From contig JAQGDQ010000001.1 in NCBI GenBank assembly GCA_030141605.1, positions 558,001 through 622,000 of the forward strand: a stretch of DNA of 64,000 nt, written 5' to 3'. Positions within the stretch are counted from its first letter, which is position 1; every line of letters begins with the position of its first letter. Shown piece after piece: positions 29,852 to 42,325 of the stretch. The translations under genes were made by a program, and so were the position numbers. The stretch is from Tubiluchus corallicola. Its lineage: Eukaryota > Animalia > Priapulida. The notes beneath the pieces were generated by a model. It had not been told where the DNA came from. It ran no database searches and saw only the letters and a program-made list of their open reading frames with translations.

Positions 29852-32800
29852 TTATTTTTATAATGTGCACATTTACATATGTATATGTTCAAAAACACAG
29901 TACATGTACATAAAATCAAGTAAAATTAATTGCGCAGAAAATTATAAAAAAAAGGTATGATCAATACACACGAATAAATTCTCAAAAATATCTATAACGA
30001 AAATTCCTTACTAAACTGCATTATCACAGATAAAAATAATAAAATCACCTATTCTCTAAGTAACCAAAAAAAACAATCCCGCAAATCTTGAAATACACAA
30101 TACTGTGGTTCCTATCCGATCACCAATTCCCTCAAGTAAGGTTGTGCGATCCCACATTTTCAGGATGCAATTTCAGGACTGCAAACCCTACACCAGTATG
30201 AAAATATCCTACCACTCACTATATAGAAAAAACTTACCTTAACAGCACTACCAAGACCTCGCTCAGTAAGCAACTTTAAACGTGATTTCTCATCAGCTCT
30301 AGAGAAAAACTCCTTCACAACATCTTCTACCCTACCAATTTCTAAGCCTTCGTTTAGCATTTCAGCAATGTCATTTTCTGGAAAAAACAAAAGCATGAAT
30401 TAATTGTTTTTTAAGCTCAATATCAATTTTTATAAATTACGTTTACAGTAAGTTCTCGCTTAACGACGCTAATGTGTTCTACCAAAACACGATGTTAAGC
30501 AAAAAGCCCTTCAACGAAGCCAAGACTTCCACAGAAAGCAATGTAAAAGAATTGAGATACGTTCCAGAAGCAAAAAATCAATGTTGGTTAAATCACATAA
30601 CTTAAACATTTTATGAGTTTTATTCATATTTCTATTGATTAATTTCTTTCTGCTTACATGAATAAGGATGTGTGCATAAATTTGGCTTGCAGATCTCACT
30701 TGATATGAACGCTTAGCATTTAGTACTCACTCGTGAAGCAAAAAATGTATATAATATTTACACTGTTTACGTTACTAGTGCATTTTTAAAACATAATAAT
30801 GCAATATGTACAGTTTTAATGCATCGTTAAGTGAAAAAAGGTGTGAAAAAGTGAGCGTTGTTAAAACGAAATGTCACTAAACGGAGAGATAATCAGTTTG
30901 ATATCAGCTTTACCTGCACTGAAGTCATCCTCACTTCCTTTCTTCCCTTGCCGCTTGTGCATAAAATGAACTATCTCATTTGGATTTGCTACTCTGCTGA
31001 CAAATTGCTGGCTGAACCGGTATGTATGGAATGTCTCATATCCGCCACTATAATCCACACGTAACCTTCATGGATAAAAATATTACATATTTTAAGTCTA
31101 CACCAAATTCTAATGTTCGTGCTGCTTAGAAAATAATGAGAAACAAGATTATGAAACCAATCGTTTTGTACAAGTTCAGTTTTATGACAAACTAGGAAAA
31201 GCCTACCTAATTAATGGCTGTGTTGGCTGCTTTGGATGTCCTGTTATCAACTGCTTCTGTGCTTTCTCTATCATTTCTTCAATTTTTTCAGCACAATAGT
31301 CCTCAGCCTTTTTTGCTAGAAAGTAATAAGAACACTGACTTGCACATAGTGATGTTATTGATGTACAGTTAGTATCATAACAAGAGTAACACTTCGTTGG
31401 CTATTTGCAGTTAACTAGCCTGCGTGAAAAAGTTTGCAATGTGTAAATGTAGCATGGAACATATCATTCCGTGTGCTAGTAGCAAAAATTGTTATTTGCT
31501 ATTGTTAAAATGTTACCTGTGACAAAAATTTAGCAAAACATAATCTAAGTCTCATTAAAAATGATTCACAAAAACAACCTAGTTAAGTATCTTTTGGCAA
31601 TTCATTCTGAATCGTGATTTTAAGATTTCCTATTGAGAGAACTGTCATTCACAATGACTGGACATTGCCTACACTTCCATAAATCACATGTTCCGCTTTA
31701 GTTATTACTTTGTGAGCTGCTTGAATATTCTGGTAGAATATGCCACCAACATTAGTGGATATTTTTCATATCTTTGATTAGGATATTTTTGAAAATCAGT
31801 CAAACACTTGAAGTGGGCTAACGACTTAGTACATGTCTAAATAGAAAAACTAAGCAAGTGAATTAAAACATAGTTTATTAAATTTATTTAGCAGCAATAA
31901 CTTTGTTCGCGTGCACTCTATTTTATAGTAAATTTTTACGAAGCAACCAATTTAAGCTTACCAGAATTTGGATCATCTGGATCAATGCTCGTTTTACTTA
32001 ACATCAAGTCTTCCATAATAAATGGACGAACAGTCTCCAATGGAATTTTGGAAATTTTAAAATCCTTGCCTTTAATTTTTAAAATTCCTATGTACTTCTT
32101 CACTGATTCTCCTTCACTGAGAGATGTAGCTATTGGGCTGCCTATAAACAAAAACACAAAGCAAGGTTTAACTGTCAGTGTTAAGTAATAATTGGTTTTA
32201 GACAGTTTAGTAAATGTATTTCTTATGAAAAACCACAAATGAACACCAGAATTTTAATTACAAGCCAAAGACAATAGTAACTCAGCACTTCACACATCTA
32301 CACAGGCCATTATTTACAGTGGACATGACAGGTAGTTTTCAGGGTTTATTTTTGTAATAAAAAATCAAATAAAAATCAGTGGATTTACACATCAGCCTTT
32401 TTGGATGAAAATGCAAGCTCATTTCCCTCTTGATCAGTAACAGTCGACAAGCAGAGTTTCTGAGTTACCATTACAACTTTGCTAGCCGTGCAGTATTAAG
32501 ATGTCAGAGAACAACTTCAGCTGCACAGGTGGTAAGTATCATAGTGTTGATGTACGTTTGCAAGATGCATACATATGTAGTTTGTGCAATACGCAATGCA
32601 AAAAATTTATTGATTTTCTTTGTTTGAATGGGATGTACTTATTCAAGAATTTTTGTTTGTCTGTAATCAAACAAAACTGCAGTTAGAAAGAAGTAAAAAC
32701 GAAGCACAGAAAAGACATTCCAAGAATTGAAGTATCACGCAAGAGAAAAACTAATTCGCTGTTACTCATACGAATCTCTGCGTTAAGGCAAGCAGTCATC

Positions 32801-35687
32801 AGCAATTATCATGCTTCGCCAGAGATGCATGCTAAGGAAGTCCCAAAACCCAGTGAGCATAGTAACTACTAAGATTCTTAAGAATTCCAAGACTGTTCTA
32901 TAAAACTAGAAAAAAATGCAAAGTACATGTCTCTTCATAAATACACAATTCCAAAAGAATTACAAAAAAAAACACTATTAGTTACCTGGCTGTGATATAT
33001 AATATTTCTGTTCACTGTTCCATTCTGGATCAATTCTGCATTCATGCTCATGGCCCCATATCACAAGATCAAGGAAGTCATCCAAAAACTTCTCAGGAAT
33101 AAAATTCTTTGCACCATGCTTTGCACGATTCTGATGAAAGAGCAATAGACTAAACCAGTCATCCATATCCTCTTTTGGTCGGAGCATTGTCACTGCTTTA
33201 CTAAGAAAAAGCCTATGTAAACGTTCGTCTCGTATGCTGCCCAGACCATACAATGCTAACCGAGTCCCACCCTTTTGCATTAGCAATGGCGACATTTCAA
33301 TACTGTGCAGAGACCGAGACCTGCCGAAGTAGTTAATGAAACCACATGCACTAAGCATGTCTACAGCACACAGATTGCCTAGTCCTGCTGGATCATCATG
33401 ATTGCCATGTATAGTAAAAACAGGTATACCAACATTGATGTTTGGATCTTCGTAATTCACTATAGGAAACTGGCTCTCACTAAAATTGACTGACTGATCG
33501 CTGAGAAATTCAAAATGACATGGTTTGTCACTCATACAGTACTTGCGGAAGAGAACCTAAAAATATCAAGGTTAACCAGTTCAAAACAGAGACGGGCCAT
33601 TTGGACACGGCTGTTTGGGTGCTAGACACTTGGGTGCTGACTCACTTGGGCTGAGGCATTTGGGCACCAATGCCGATGTGCACTGCCAAATGAACCACTA
33701 ACTTAACGAGACTCTATCACCTTAGAATGGTACATTATTATACAGCAGAAATTGTCTTTATTACGCTACAAAATAGTGCTGCCTAGTAAGCTAAAATTAT
33801 GAGAACTTTTAAAACATCAAAAGTTTTTGTAAGAAAAGAAATAATTATTTTTGTGAGTATGACCATGTAAAACTGGAACTGCTGGTGAGCCCTTAAAAAC
33901 ACTGCTGCTGATCACGTAATATTACACATACATTTCTCAAGAGAGACAGCAACAAAGAAAAACGTTTATCTGCCAACAGTTACTCTTAAACCTGAAATTG
34001 GCAATCATACATTAAGCGTTAATTTGGCTTATTAATTGAACTAATCGTTTTTAAGTTGGCAGTTAGTATAAACAATGCATTCTACATAGGTTTCTTCTAA
34101 TGCATACCAATCGCTCAATGAAGAAAGTGTTGTGATATAGCACTAGTCTAGTTCAAGATTTTTTATGACTCACATTTCTGTTATTTACCGCTTTTGAGAT
34201 GCATTAGACATTTTTGAAATAAAATACTGTCTTATATGTTTATAAAATTGCGCATCTAGCTTGCGGTGACTTCTGTTTCATTCTTTTTAAAAACCACATG
34301 TAATAGTAAATGTGGAAAAGCAGTAACTGCAGAGTCATTTGACTAGTTATAAAAACTTTTTATTATTCTTATTGTAATTATGTTAGTGCGTAGGTTTAAT
34401 TTGGTAAGGTGATTTTAAAAAAAAATTTCGTGAGAGTTGGAAAAATAGAGAATCCTTAAAAATTTAATAAACAAAATTAGGTATGACATTAAGTTTTACT
34501 GGTGCCTAAATGTCTTGTGCCCAAATGGTTGTGCCTAAATGTCACATTCCAGTTCAAAATAATAACATTATGCCTGCCAATTTAAATAAAGTAAAATTTT
34601 GCTGAACAATAGCTTCAAGTCCTTATAAATACCTAGTCAAAAACATACTTCTGCAGTATGATTCAACACAACCCAGCCAATAGTATAGTTATGCCTACCA
34701 ATGACTTCCAAAGAGGAGAAACTGCTCAATAAAGCTGGTAACAGTACACTATTAACCTGCTCATTTCCTATAATTTTGCATGCTTGAGAAAGAAATAACA
34801 CGCACCATTTAATAACTTTGCATAAACCGGCAAAACAAGCAATTATAAAGGCTATACATTCTGTATGTACTCTATTGGAACAATGTTAAAATGAAGGCAA
34901 GTTGCTTCAAATTTTGCTTACCATACATGCGTGTATTGTATTTCGTGAAGGCTTATTTTCATGAAACAAGTCTCCTCCTAGTAAAATAAAGTCAACATTC
35001 CTTTGCTGGGCATGTTGCAGAATTTCCTCAAAAGCTATAAAAGAATCATTTCCTAGAAAAAAAGAGTGATATTAACTCCACCAACCAATTATTAAAAAAA
35101 CAGTCTGCTGGGATAACTAAGGTACCAACAATATGTTCAAACAATGACAGAAGTTAGGAGACTAATAGGTGATCAGATTTGAAAGTGAATATGAGCAGTA
35201 TTCTGACTACTTCCAAAAGTATTATTACGAAAAGGGGCAAAGGAAAACATCTGAATAGTCATAGGACATCCATTGGTAAAAAACTTACCAATGCTGAGCC
35301 TAGTTAGTGAATGGATTTGTGACCAATGGGAAAAAGCTTTAACTGCCATATTGCTTCTAGCTATTTCTCTAATTAAGATAGGATGTACCATAGATGCAAA
35401 GTTGCAAGTGGCAAAGTCACATCTGCAAATCAAATGTCTTTACTCAAAGGATTAAAACTGATGTGTAAATGTCGATTCCAATCCCAAACAATAGAAGTTA
35501 ACAAACCCAGCCGTTGAGTGCTAAATCAAATTTGCACTGGGCTGAACTGTATTAATAATATGGCAAGAGATTACATCAGTTAGATTAAAATTGTTTTACC
35601 TCTTACTGCATCTTTTTCATTGTATCCCAAATGTATATCAGTGGCAATTAAAATATTAAATGTGTTGTCATCTTCATTCCCACCCAT
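25216..35687 (-). CDS. MRE11: Double-strand break repair nuclease MRE11, complete, 673 aa
   Basis: 11 exons (35600-35687, 34922-35052, 32986-33556, 31962-32141, 31207-31315, 30914-31065, 30238-30377, 28757-28951, 26701-26845, 25980-26109, 25216-25396) sum to 2022 nt in one frame. Phosphoesterase motifs [30 protein letters not shown] and WGHEHEC; [12 protein letters not shown]; GAR-like [13 protein letters not shown]; C-terminus ending KRRRR. Confidence 0.98.
29823..29850 (+). repeat. (AAT)n microsatellite, possibly the tail of a minus-strand retroelement
   Basis: taataataataataataataataa in an MRE11 intron. Confidence 0.7.
30446..30895. mobile_element. pogo/Tigger-like MITE filling most of an MRE11 intron
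   Basis: TA followed by CAGTAAGTTCTCGCTTAACG at the left end; degenerate inverted cgttaagtg / ctaaacggaga motifs at the right end. Confidence 0.5.
33588..34550. mobile_element. MULE-like MITE with 9-bp TSD (AGTTCAAAA)
   Basis: AGTTCAAAA at 33578-33586 and 34551-34559. Tandem catttggg-type repeats at the left end are inverted (ccaaatg/cctaaatg) at the right end. Confidence 0.75.
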
Positions 35688-36003
35688 AATAAGGAAAAAT
35701 CAATGGTGCTAGTTAGATGTTCCTCAGACCTGCAAATATGTAATTTTTAAATGTCTTATGCAAAAGTAAAATAACACTTTAAGTATGATGCAATAAAAAC
35801 ATCCAATTTTGACTGAGTATACTCAGTAGACTATTACATATTCTGGTTTTCTTCACAACTTGATTATTGTACATAACCAGTTAAAAAAGCCAAGATATTC
35901 AATAAAATTCAATAAACCTAACACATATTAGCGACTAAGACATTACTTGTTTTTAAAATTTATGCTGTTATCCTCTTCAAGCAATAGATCTTCTCAATGT
36001 TTG

Positions 36004-36510
36004 CTAACACTGGTTGACTAATTCACGCAAGTGAACCACAGCTTCCAAATCTGACTTCAACTGAGCTGAAGTAATACCAGCTTCTGATAAAATGTCACTC
36101 AGTTTCTGAGTCTCAAGTCCATTTTCAATAGCCCAACATACATTTGTCAAGTTTTTTGATAAAGTAGATATTAAACATGCCGTTAAAGGAAATACTTCTG
36201 CCACTTTTTCACGGTGTTCGAGCTGAACATTGATGTGGTCTCTGGTAACTGGTTGCTGCAGGCTTGTTGTAAGTCTTCCTTTTTCTCTAATAACACTTTC
36301 AATATGGTTTGATAAGCTTTGTAATTCTGCAAGTCTTTTCTTCAATACAGCTACACAAGTTAAATCGGTTGAAAAAGTTGACAAACTTCGCCTTGTAAAT
36401 TCAACAGATGCTTCATTCAACAATTTATTTTGACTGCTGATAGTTTGCAAAACTTCAATCAGCATCAAACTGTTACCACCTTTCTCACTATAAGAATCTG
36501 GATGAAACAT
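36004..36510 (-). CDS. HAUS2: HAUS augmin-like complex subunit 2 (CEP27)-like protein, single coding exon, 168 aa
   Basis: Uninterrupted ORF from ATG 36510 (AAAATG context, in-frame stop just upstream). LQSLSNHIESVIREKGRLTTSLQQP resembles the human HAUS2 core as I recall it ([25 protein letters not shown]), with coiled-coil character. Preceded by an acceptor (tttcag), exon starting at 36604. Confidence 0.75.
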   Translation of the reverse strand: MFHPDSYSEKGGNSLMLIEVLQTISSQNKLLNEASVEFTRRSLSTFSTDLTCVAVLKKRLAELQSLSNHIESVIREKGRLTTSLQQPVTRDHINVQLEHREKVAEVFPLTACLISTLSKNLTNVCWAIENGLETQKLSDILSEAGITSAQLKSDLEAVVHLRELVNQC

Positions 36511-38059
36511 TTTTTCCAATATAGACTATCATCGTGATTTTAATTACTATTCTTTCTTCAAGTGATTGCTAAGATGAAGTCAAAATAGAATTACCACATA
36601 AACTCTGAAAATACAAATACAGAAATAATGTTTATATAAGAACAAAATAGGAATGTACAGTAAAAGACAAGTAGTCAAACACAAGAGTGAATTTTCTCTG
36701 CTACAAAGTAAAAACACTCACATTAAACCTTCCCGAAGAAAGTTATAATTGATAAAGTTTTCTATGTCATTGTCATGACAAAACTGTAATAAAACTTTTC
36801 AGTTTCACTATGTGAAGGCACAATTGCAGTTTAGGCTGTGAGTCAAACGTTATTGTAACTTAGCCTGGTATATGCCAGTCAGGTAATTGGTGCTCTCACA
36901 GTAACTATAACAAAACTAAGTGTTTACACTTGGAAATGCCATTGAATTTTTTATTTATTTGTAACTATAAAAAATACATTTTTAGAGAAGAAAATGGCAG
37001 CGAAAATGTAGCACTTATGTGACCACAACAAGATCATGCCAGATAGCAACTACTGTTTGCAAAAGAGTATTTGTATACACCTAATTTAGAATAATGAAGG
37101 ACAAAAGGGATACCTGAATAGGTTTCAAAAATTGCCTTAATAATATTACTTTACAGCAATTTTATGCACATATGCACTCGCATTGAAAGGAATTTTAGTT
37201 TGTTTTCATTTCAAATCTCCTGCAATACTGTTCTGACAACGCCATTACATGACGTTACCTACGCACAATGTAAATCAGGGGAAGAAAATTGTTAAATTAT
37301 GTCTCAAAAAAAACTCTCCATGCAAATCTATATTACTTGGCTTTTTGCTTACCTGCTAGAAAGACTTATGTAACTACAAAAGATTTTTTTTTTAATTATT
37401 TAAAATATTTTCACCAATTGGTAAAATGTCACTGACTCACCCTCCAGGGTGACTCACTCACCCACTCACTAACCAAAAACGTATTTTTAATCTTATTGAC
37501 AAGATACAGTAATTTAAAATTTTACTTAGTTAGTGACGTGTGTCCTACAAATGCTCTGGTTATTTTTTACTCAGTGTTATCTAAACTTCTTTCAAATGAC
37601 CTGTCGGTCATCACGGGAGTTTAAATTTACATATGTTTTATACAGCGTGACTGTCGATTGCAGTCCTGCATGCAAAAAGGCAGTAAGTAAGTAATATAAA
37701 ATTTCAAGACGAATTTTTAAAGCTTTCTGTTTATGAAGGGTTTTCTTGTGCTTTAAACAATTTGTAACTGTGACCACATAAATTTTGAGAAGGAGCATAA
37801 TAAAAGAATTCATCAAATTACAAATGTACCAGACTAGAAGAACTTTTAGCCAAGTGTAACCCTGGAGGCATTTTTTCTGAATTCTAAAAAGACTGTTGCC
37901 GGCTTGAAAAATTAGGTAAAAGGGTCAAAAATGCAAAAAGCCAAATGGCTACCAAGCTTCTACACAAAGAAAATAATCAAAAATTTACAAAAAATTGTCA
38001 TTAATAGGCAGTTATGACATCTAGTCCAGGGTAGTTGGACTTAGGCTTAAGAAATCCAG

Positions 38060-38166
38060 GGGAAGGTTTCACAAAACCGTCACTAAGTTAATAATGTCAT
38101 TATTACATTCACTTAACTATTAATGACGAAGTTGTTAAGTTAGTGACAGCATTGTGAAACTGGGCC
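38060..38166. mobile_element. PIF/Harbinger-like mini-MITE with CAG TSD
   Basis: Inverted termini gggaaggtttcacaaaaccgtcactaa / ttagtgacagcattgtgaaactgggcc, flanked by cag on both sides. Confidence 0.65.
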
Positions 38167-38579
38167 CAGTTCTGTTACCTTTTTTCAAAAATTGCAGCTG
38201 TTTTCAAAATGGCCACTACACAAAACAAAATTATGCTGATCATGCAATTTTGCTGATCATGAATATATATATAGTCTAGCATAATGATGAAAGACTTACT
38301 AACTTTGCCTAAAAGTTATAAAACTTTTGCACAATGCTAGAAAGCATCAAGTGATTAATTTGGGATATGAGACCAATTGAAAAAACAATATACGTCCACC
38401 TTTTTCCATATAGCCGACGATATGGCTGTTGCTAGTTTAGAAGACAATTTTGACGCCTAAGTATAGGTTTTCAAGGTCAAGGAATTCTCATCTCATGCTG
38501 AAAAATATCTATGACATCACCTGAGTTAGTGGCTGCTATCTTGCTTAGATAATTATTCAATCTCGAGTAACCAGTTTGA

Positions 38580-39250
38580 AGTTGAACAAGTTTGAAGAAT
38601 AGGTTGTTAGATGAAAATCAAGTCATCTATTGAAAACAGCAATGAAGAGAAATTGATGAGAAAATGTCCATTAGAAGAGTTTGCAAAAGGAAACTTGATA
38701 TTTTTAAACAGTTTTCTTTATGACATTCTTTACAGCTTGCAAGGAAAGGACATTAAAATCTTCATTCAAATACCGAGCGTCATTTGCCGCCTCTCTCTGG
38801 TCAAGGATTCAGCAAGTTCATTACCAAAAATATTACTATAACCATACCCACACAATATTAAAATGTATACAGTTTATCAGAAGTTTAACATAATATTTAA
38901 TACTGTCCACATCGTATTTTATAAGTACATGTTGTATTACAATGCCAACCTATAATGAAAGAATACCTACAACAGATTGACTGTCACACCTAATAATTAG
39001 ACTTTTAACATTCAAAGCTAATAAATCTAAATCATTCAGCACAAACTGCAAAACGAGCAAAACTGCAGAAAGCTCAGCAAGATCACTGAAGCAAGAAGCG
39101 CTACTGATTTTTTCAACTGATGAATAACTCTCACTGTGAAAATAACAACTACAGCTGTGTATAGACCAGATAATACTACTTAAGGCAAAAACCATCAGTA
39201 AACCAACCAGTGTACTTTGTGGAAGATTTATAATTACATTCACAATATTC
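38580..39250 (-). mobile_element. Degenerate RNase H domain of a non-LTR retrotransposon
   Basis: RNase H motifs in order across frameshifts: FTDG, AELSAVLLVL, DSQSVVGIL then GW, and WV then GYSNIFGNELAESL. Confidence 0.75.
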
Positions 39251-39509
39251 TGTCTATAGCAAGATTTTTTTTAACCTCTGATTTGATGAACCCTGTAATG
39301 AGATTTATCTTCTAAAAGCTCGGCAAGGTCCAATTCAGACTCACACTCTGCTGCCACTTCACATATATCCACAGTTCACACCCTCTGCACTTCTTTTGTC
39401 TGAATTGTAATTTTGTCCAGTAGCAAAGATATCTACAATTTCTATACAATTCATATTTCCTCGATAATTTTTTAAACAGGCATCTTCTGATTTGGAGTAC
39501 AGTAAGTGA

Positions 39510-39990
39510 TTGATTAATGCTTTCCCGCTTAGTGACGTTTCGTTTTTATACGCTAATTATTAGACACCTTTTTTCGCTTTAGTTTTAACGACTGAAACAC
39601 TTTACTTGAACATTCACAGAAACCTTCTACGTCTATGTATTTTTGATATCCAAGTAATAGTGTGTTGACAAGATCTTTTTGGATGAAGCTGATGTACGTC
39701 AGCAGCTGCCCTCCTTGCGGTTTCTTTTCTTTCTGCAGCATTTCTTTGAAAGCTAACTTTAATGGACTGTCAACTGGTAGTTGCATAACTTGTCCTACCC
39801 ATCTTAATCTTCTCCTTTCGATTTTAATTGTCCATTCCTCTGCCTTGACTTTAATTATTTTACAGATGCTACTTTCATATTTTCTTTGGCCATTTTATAC
39901 CTAGAAAATGTTTCTGTAGTTTCTTCTTTGAAATGCATCAATTTCTGATTCGCCTTGTGCTTTAATTGTCCACTATAAAGAAACACAATT
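39510..39990 (-). mobile_element. RTE-clade LINE reverse transcriptase C-terminal fragment
   Basis: Frameshifted IDAFQRR, FLGIKWPKKI and EEWTIKIERRRLRWVGQVMQLPVDSPLKLAF...KKPQGGQLLTY, typical of RTE ORF C-termini. Confidence 0.75.
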
Positions 39991-40650
39991 TCCACAAGGG
40001 GAGCAGATTCTTAGTTTTGTATCTAAACTGATCCTCTTAGTTTCAAAAATTTTTGATAATTTTTATTATTGTTTTTACTGCAGAACAAAATCGAGTAATA
40101 CGCATGACTTTTGTAAGACTAATTTTGACTAGTGGTTCGAACATCTTAATTCGAGTTTGAGTTTCAAAGGTAAAATTATAACTCTACAACAAACTTGCGA
40201 GAAATTCCCGCTTTAGAAGTCAGTACTAGCAACTTGCAGTCTGTGCGCCCGATTCGGCGGGCAAGGAATCATTTTCCCGCATGCAACCCATAGATAAACA
40301 GTATAACTGTGATGTAATAATAATTAAATAATAAATTTTTATTTTAATTATAGTATAACCATGTGTGTAACCTATAATCATAGATTCGAATGATTCAGCA
40401 TTTCAACTACATAATTCTTTTCTCATTAAAGATGCTTGAAGGGTCACTCAATTGGCACAATTTAGCTGGGATTTCTGGTTGCAGTTTTTAAACAAGTTAT
40501 TATTGTTTTTACTGCAAAACAAAAACCGAAGTGATATGCGTGACCTTTGCGAATTGCGGGACCGCTGTTCATTAGCGAATCAAATTTTTTCGAAAATTTT
40601 TAAAACTAATTACAACCTGAGATTATAATGTTTTTCAACTATGTATACAG

Positions 40651-40968
40651 TAGGGGTGAGCATTCTCTACCAGAAAGGGAATTCGAATCGAATCGAATTT
40701 GTGACTTTCGAATTCGAACCGAACCGAATTTCATTATTTCAAATCCGAATCGAATTCAAATTGAGTTTGAAAGATTTTCAAATTAGTTTTCGAGCCACTA
40801 GTAAAAACTGGTCTTACAAATATCATGCAAATTACTTGACTTTGTAATGATAAAGAACGTGTGTGGCTGGAGTGCTGAGTTACTCGAATCTATAATTTCA
40901 GGTTTGAATCGAATTCGAACTTAAAAAACTCGTTCGATTCGAATTCGAACTGTCAATGCTCACATCTA
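40651..40968. mobile_element. Intact hAT MITE with perfect 8-bp TSD (GTATACAG)
   Basis: TIRs TAGGGGTGAGCATT / AATGCTCACATCTA; GTATACAG at 40643-40650 and 40969-40976; subterminal TTCGAA/ATCGA repeats. Confidence 0.9.
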
Positions 40969-41329
40969 GTATACAGAACATTATTGCAAATAAAAGAGGC
41001 AGGAGTCATAAATAACCAAGATTTGAATGACAAAGTCAATGAAGAAAAATGAACCAGGAACATAAAATGCAAAAGACTTAGCTGGGTGGGTCATGCTCTG
41101 AGATTACGGGAAGACAGTCCAATTATTAAAGCTTTCAATTAATCAATTCAATCTTTGAAGCCATGCAAGGCAAAGGAGGTAGATCACTGACATGGATGAA
41201 TTTCACATAAAAATATCTTAACGTCTCATCCCTAATTTTCAAAGAATTAACTTCATCACAGAGCATCCAATGTTTTGGATGCGATAAAAGGTAGACGGTA
41301 ATGTCCTTGGATGAATGAAGCATGTAATG

Positions 41330-41730
41330 TCATAACATTATGACAACTGAATTCAAATTCGATTCATATTTGAAATCTGGACATTTGATTCGATTCGAGT
41401 TCGAAAATTACAAACTCGATACGACTCAAATTCGTTTTCTGTTAGAGAATGCTCGCCTCTATTTCGAGAGTGCACACATAAGCATTGACACCAAATACAC
41501 AGTTGGCTTCCTGGCAATCTCTACCCGAGTAATGGTGTGTGTAATCTCTACCAGAAAGTGAATTCGAATCGAACCGAATTTCTGACTTTCAAATTCAAAT
41601 CGAACCAAACTTCAGTATTTCGAATTTGTATCGAATTCGAGTTGAGATTGAACGATTTTCGACGAGTAAAAATTAGTTTTACAAAGATCATGCGTATTAC
41701 TCGATTTTGTTTGCGTAAAAGGACTAATAA
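41330..41730. mobile_element. Two partial, oppositely oriented copies of the same hAT MITE family
   Basis: 41330-41461 ends in gagaatgctcgcctcta (inverted TIR). 41545-41730 repeats the ctctaccagaaag...gaattcgaatcgaa body. Further fragments lie at 40060-40170 and 40495-40555. Confidence 0.7.
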
Positions 41731-41759
41731 TGCTGGCTGACAGCCGGCTGCAACTATAC

Positions 41760-42320
41760 AAAATGACTTTATACATGTGGAAAAAACACGAAAAACGATT
41801 TTCTGGGAAACGGTTTTAATATAAAAAAACTTCTGCGAAACGGACCTAAACCATCTGGTTCCAAGGACAACGCGTCGGCGATGACTATGGTTGTGTAATT
41901 AGAAGGCCGCAGATAAAAATGTCTTGCGCGTTTCAACGTGAAGAGTTCTCATTATTCAAGCATAAATTCCGCTGCTTAGTTGTAACGGTAAACAAACTGT
42001 AAACTTAATAATAAATTACGTGTAAGCTCTGCTAAGCTTGTGGCAATGTTGATAATCACAATGTTTAATTTTAAACTAATTAACTTAGTAACAGCTAAAT
42101 TGTTATTCTTACTGCTGGAGTTAGTACAACATTAAACAATATGGCTGCGCCAAAGTTTCACTTATTTTTCTAACCTTAACACTACAGTTAACGCGTAAGC
42201 ATTGTAAATATAGCTAGTCAGACGCGTAGTCTAGTAAATTTAGCTCATTTTAGGTCTTCACGTGAAGAAATTGGTAGTTTGCAGTTTTGGTGGTTCTTTT
42301 TAATGCATTTCCAGATTGCC
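41760..42320. promoter_or_regulatory. Candidate bidirectional promoter between HAUS2/MRE11 (-) and INPP5E (+)
   Basis: CpG-retaining unique segment between divergent genes; YY1-like AATATGGCTGC near 42138; candidate donors on plus (GTAAGC at 42195) and minus (GTAAGA near 42112). Inference only. Confidence 0.4.
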
Positions 42321-42325
42321 CTCTT

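Noticed and set aside
40641-41740. Repeated GAATCGAA units as a CRISPR-like array, or short genes with FEFE motifs
   Set aside because: Eukaryotic context with no regular repeat-spacer period; these are hAT MITE subterminal repeats.
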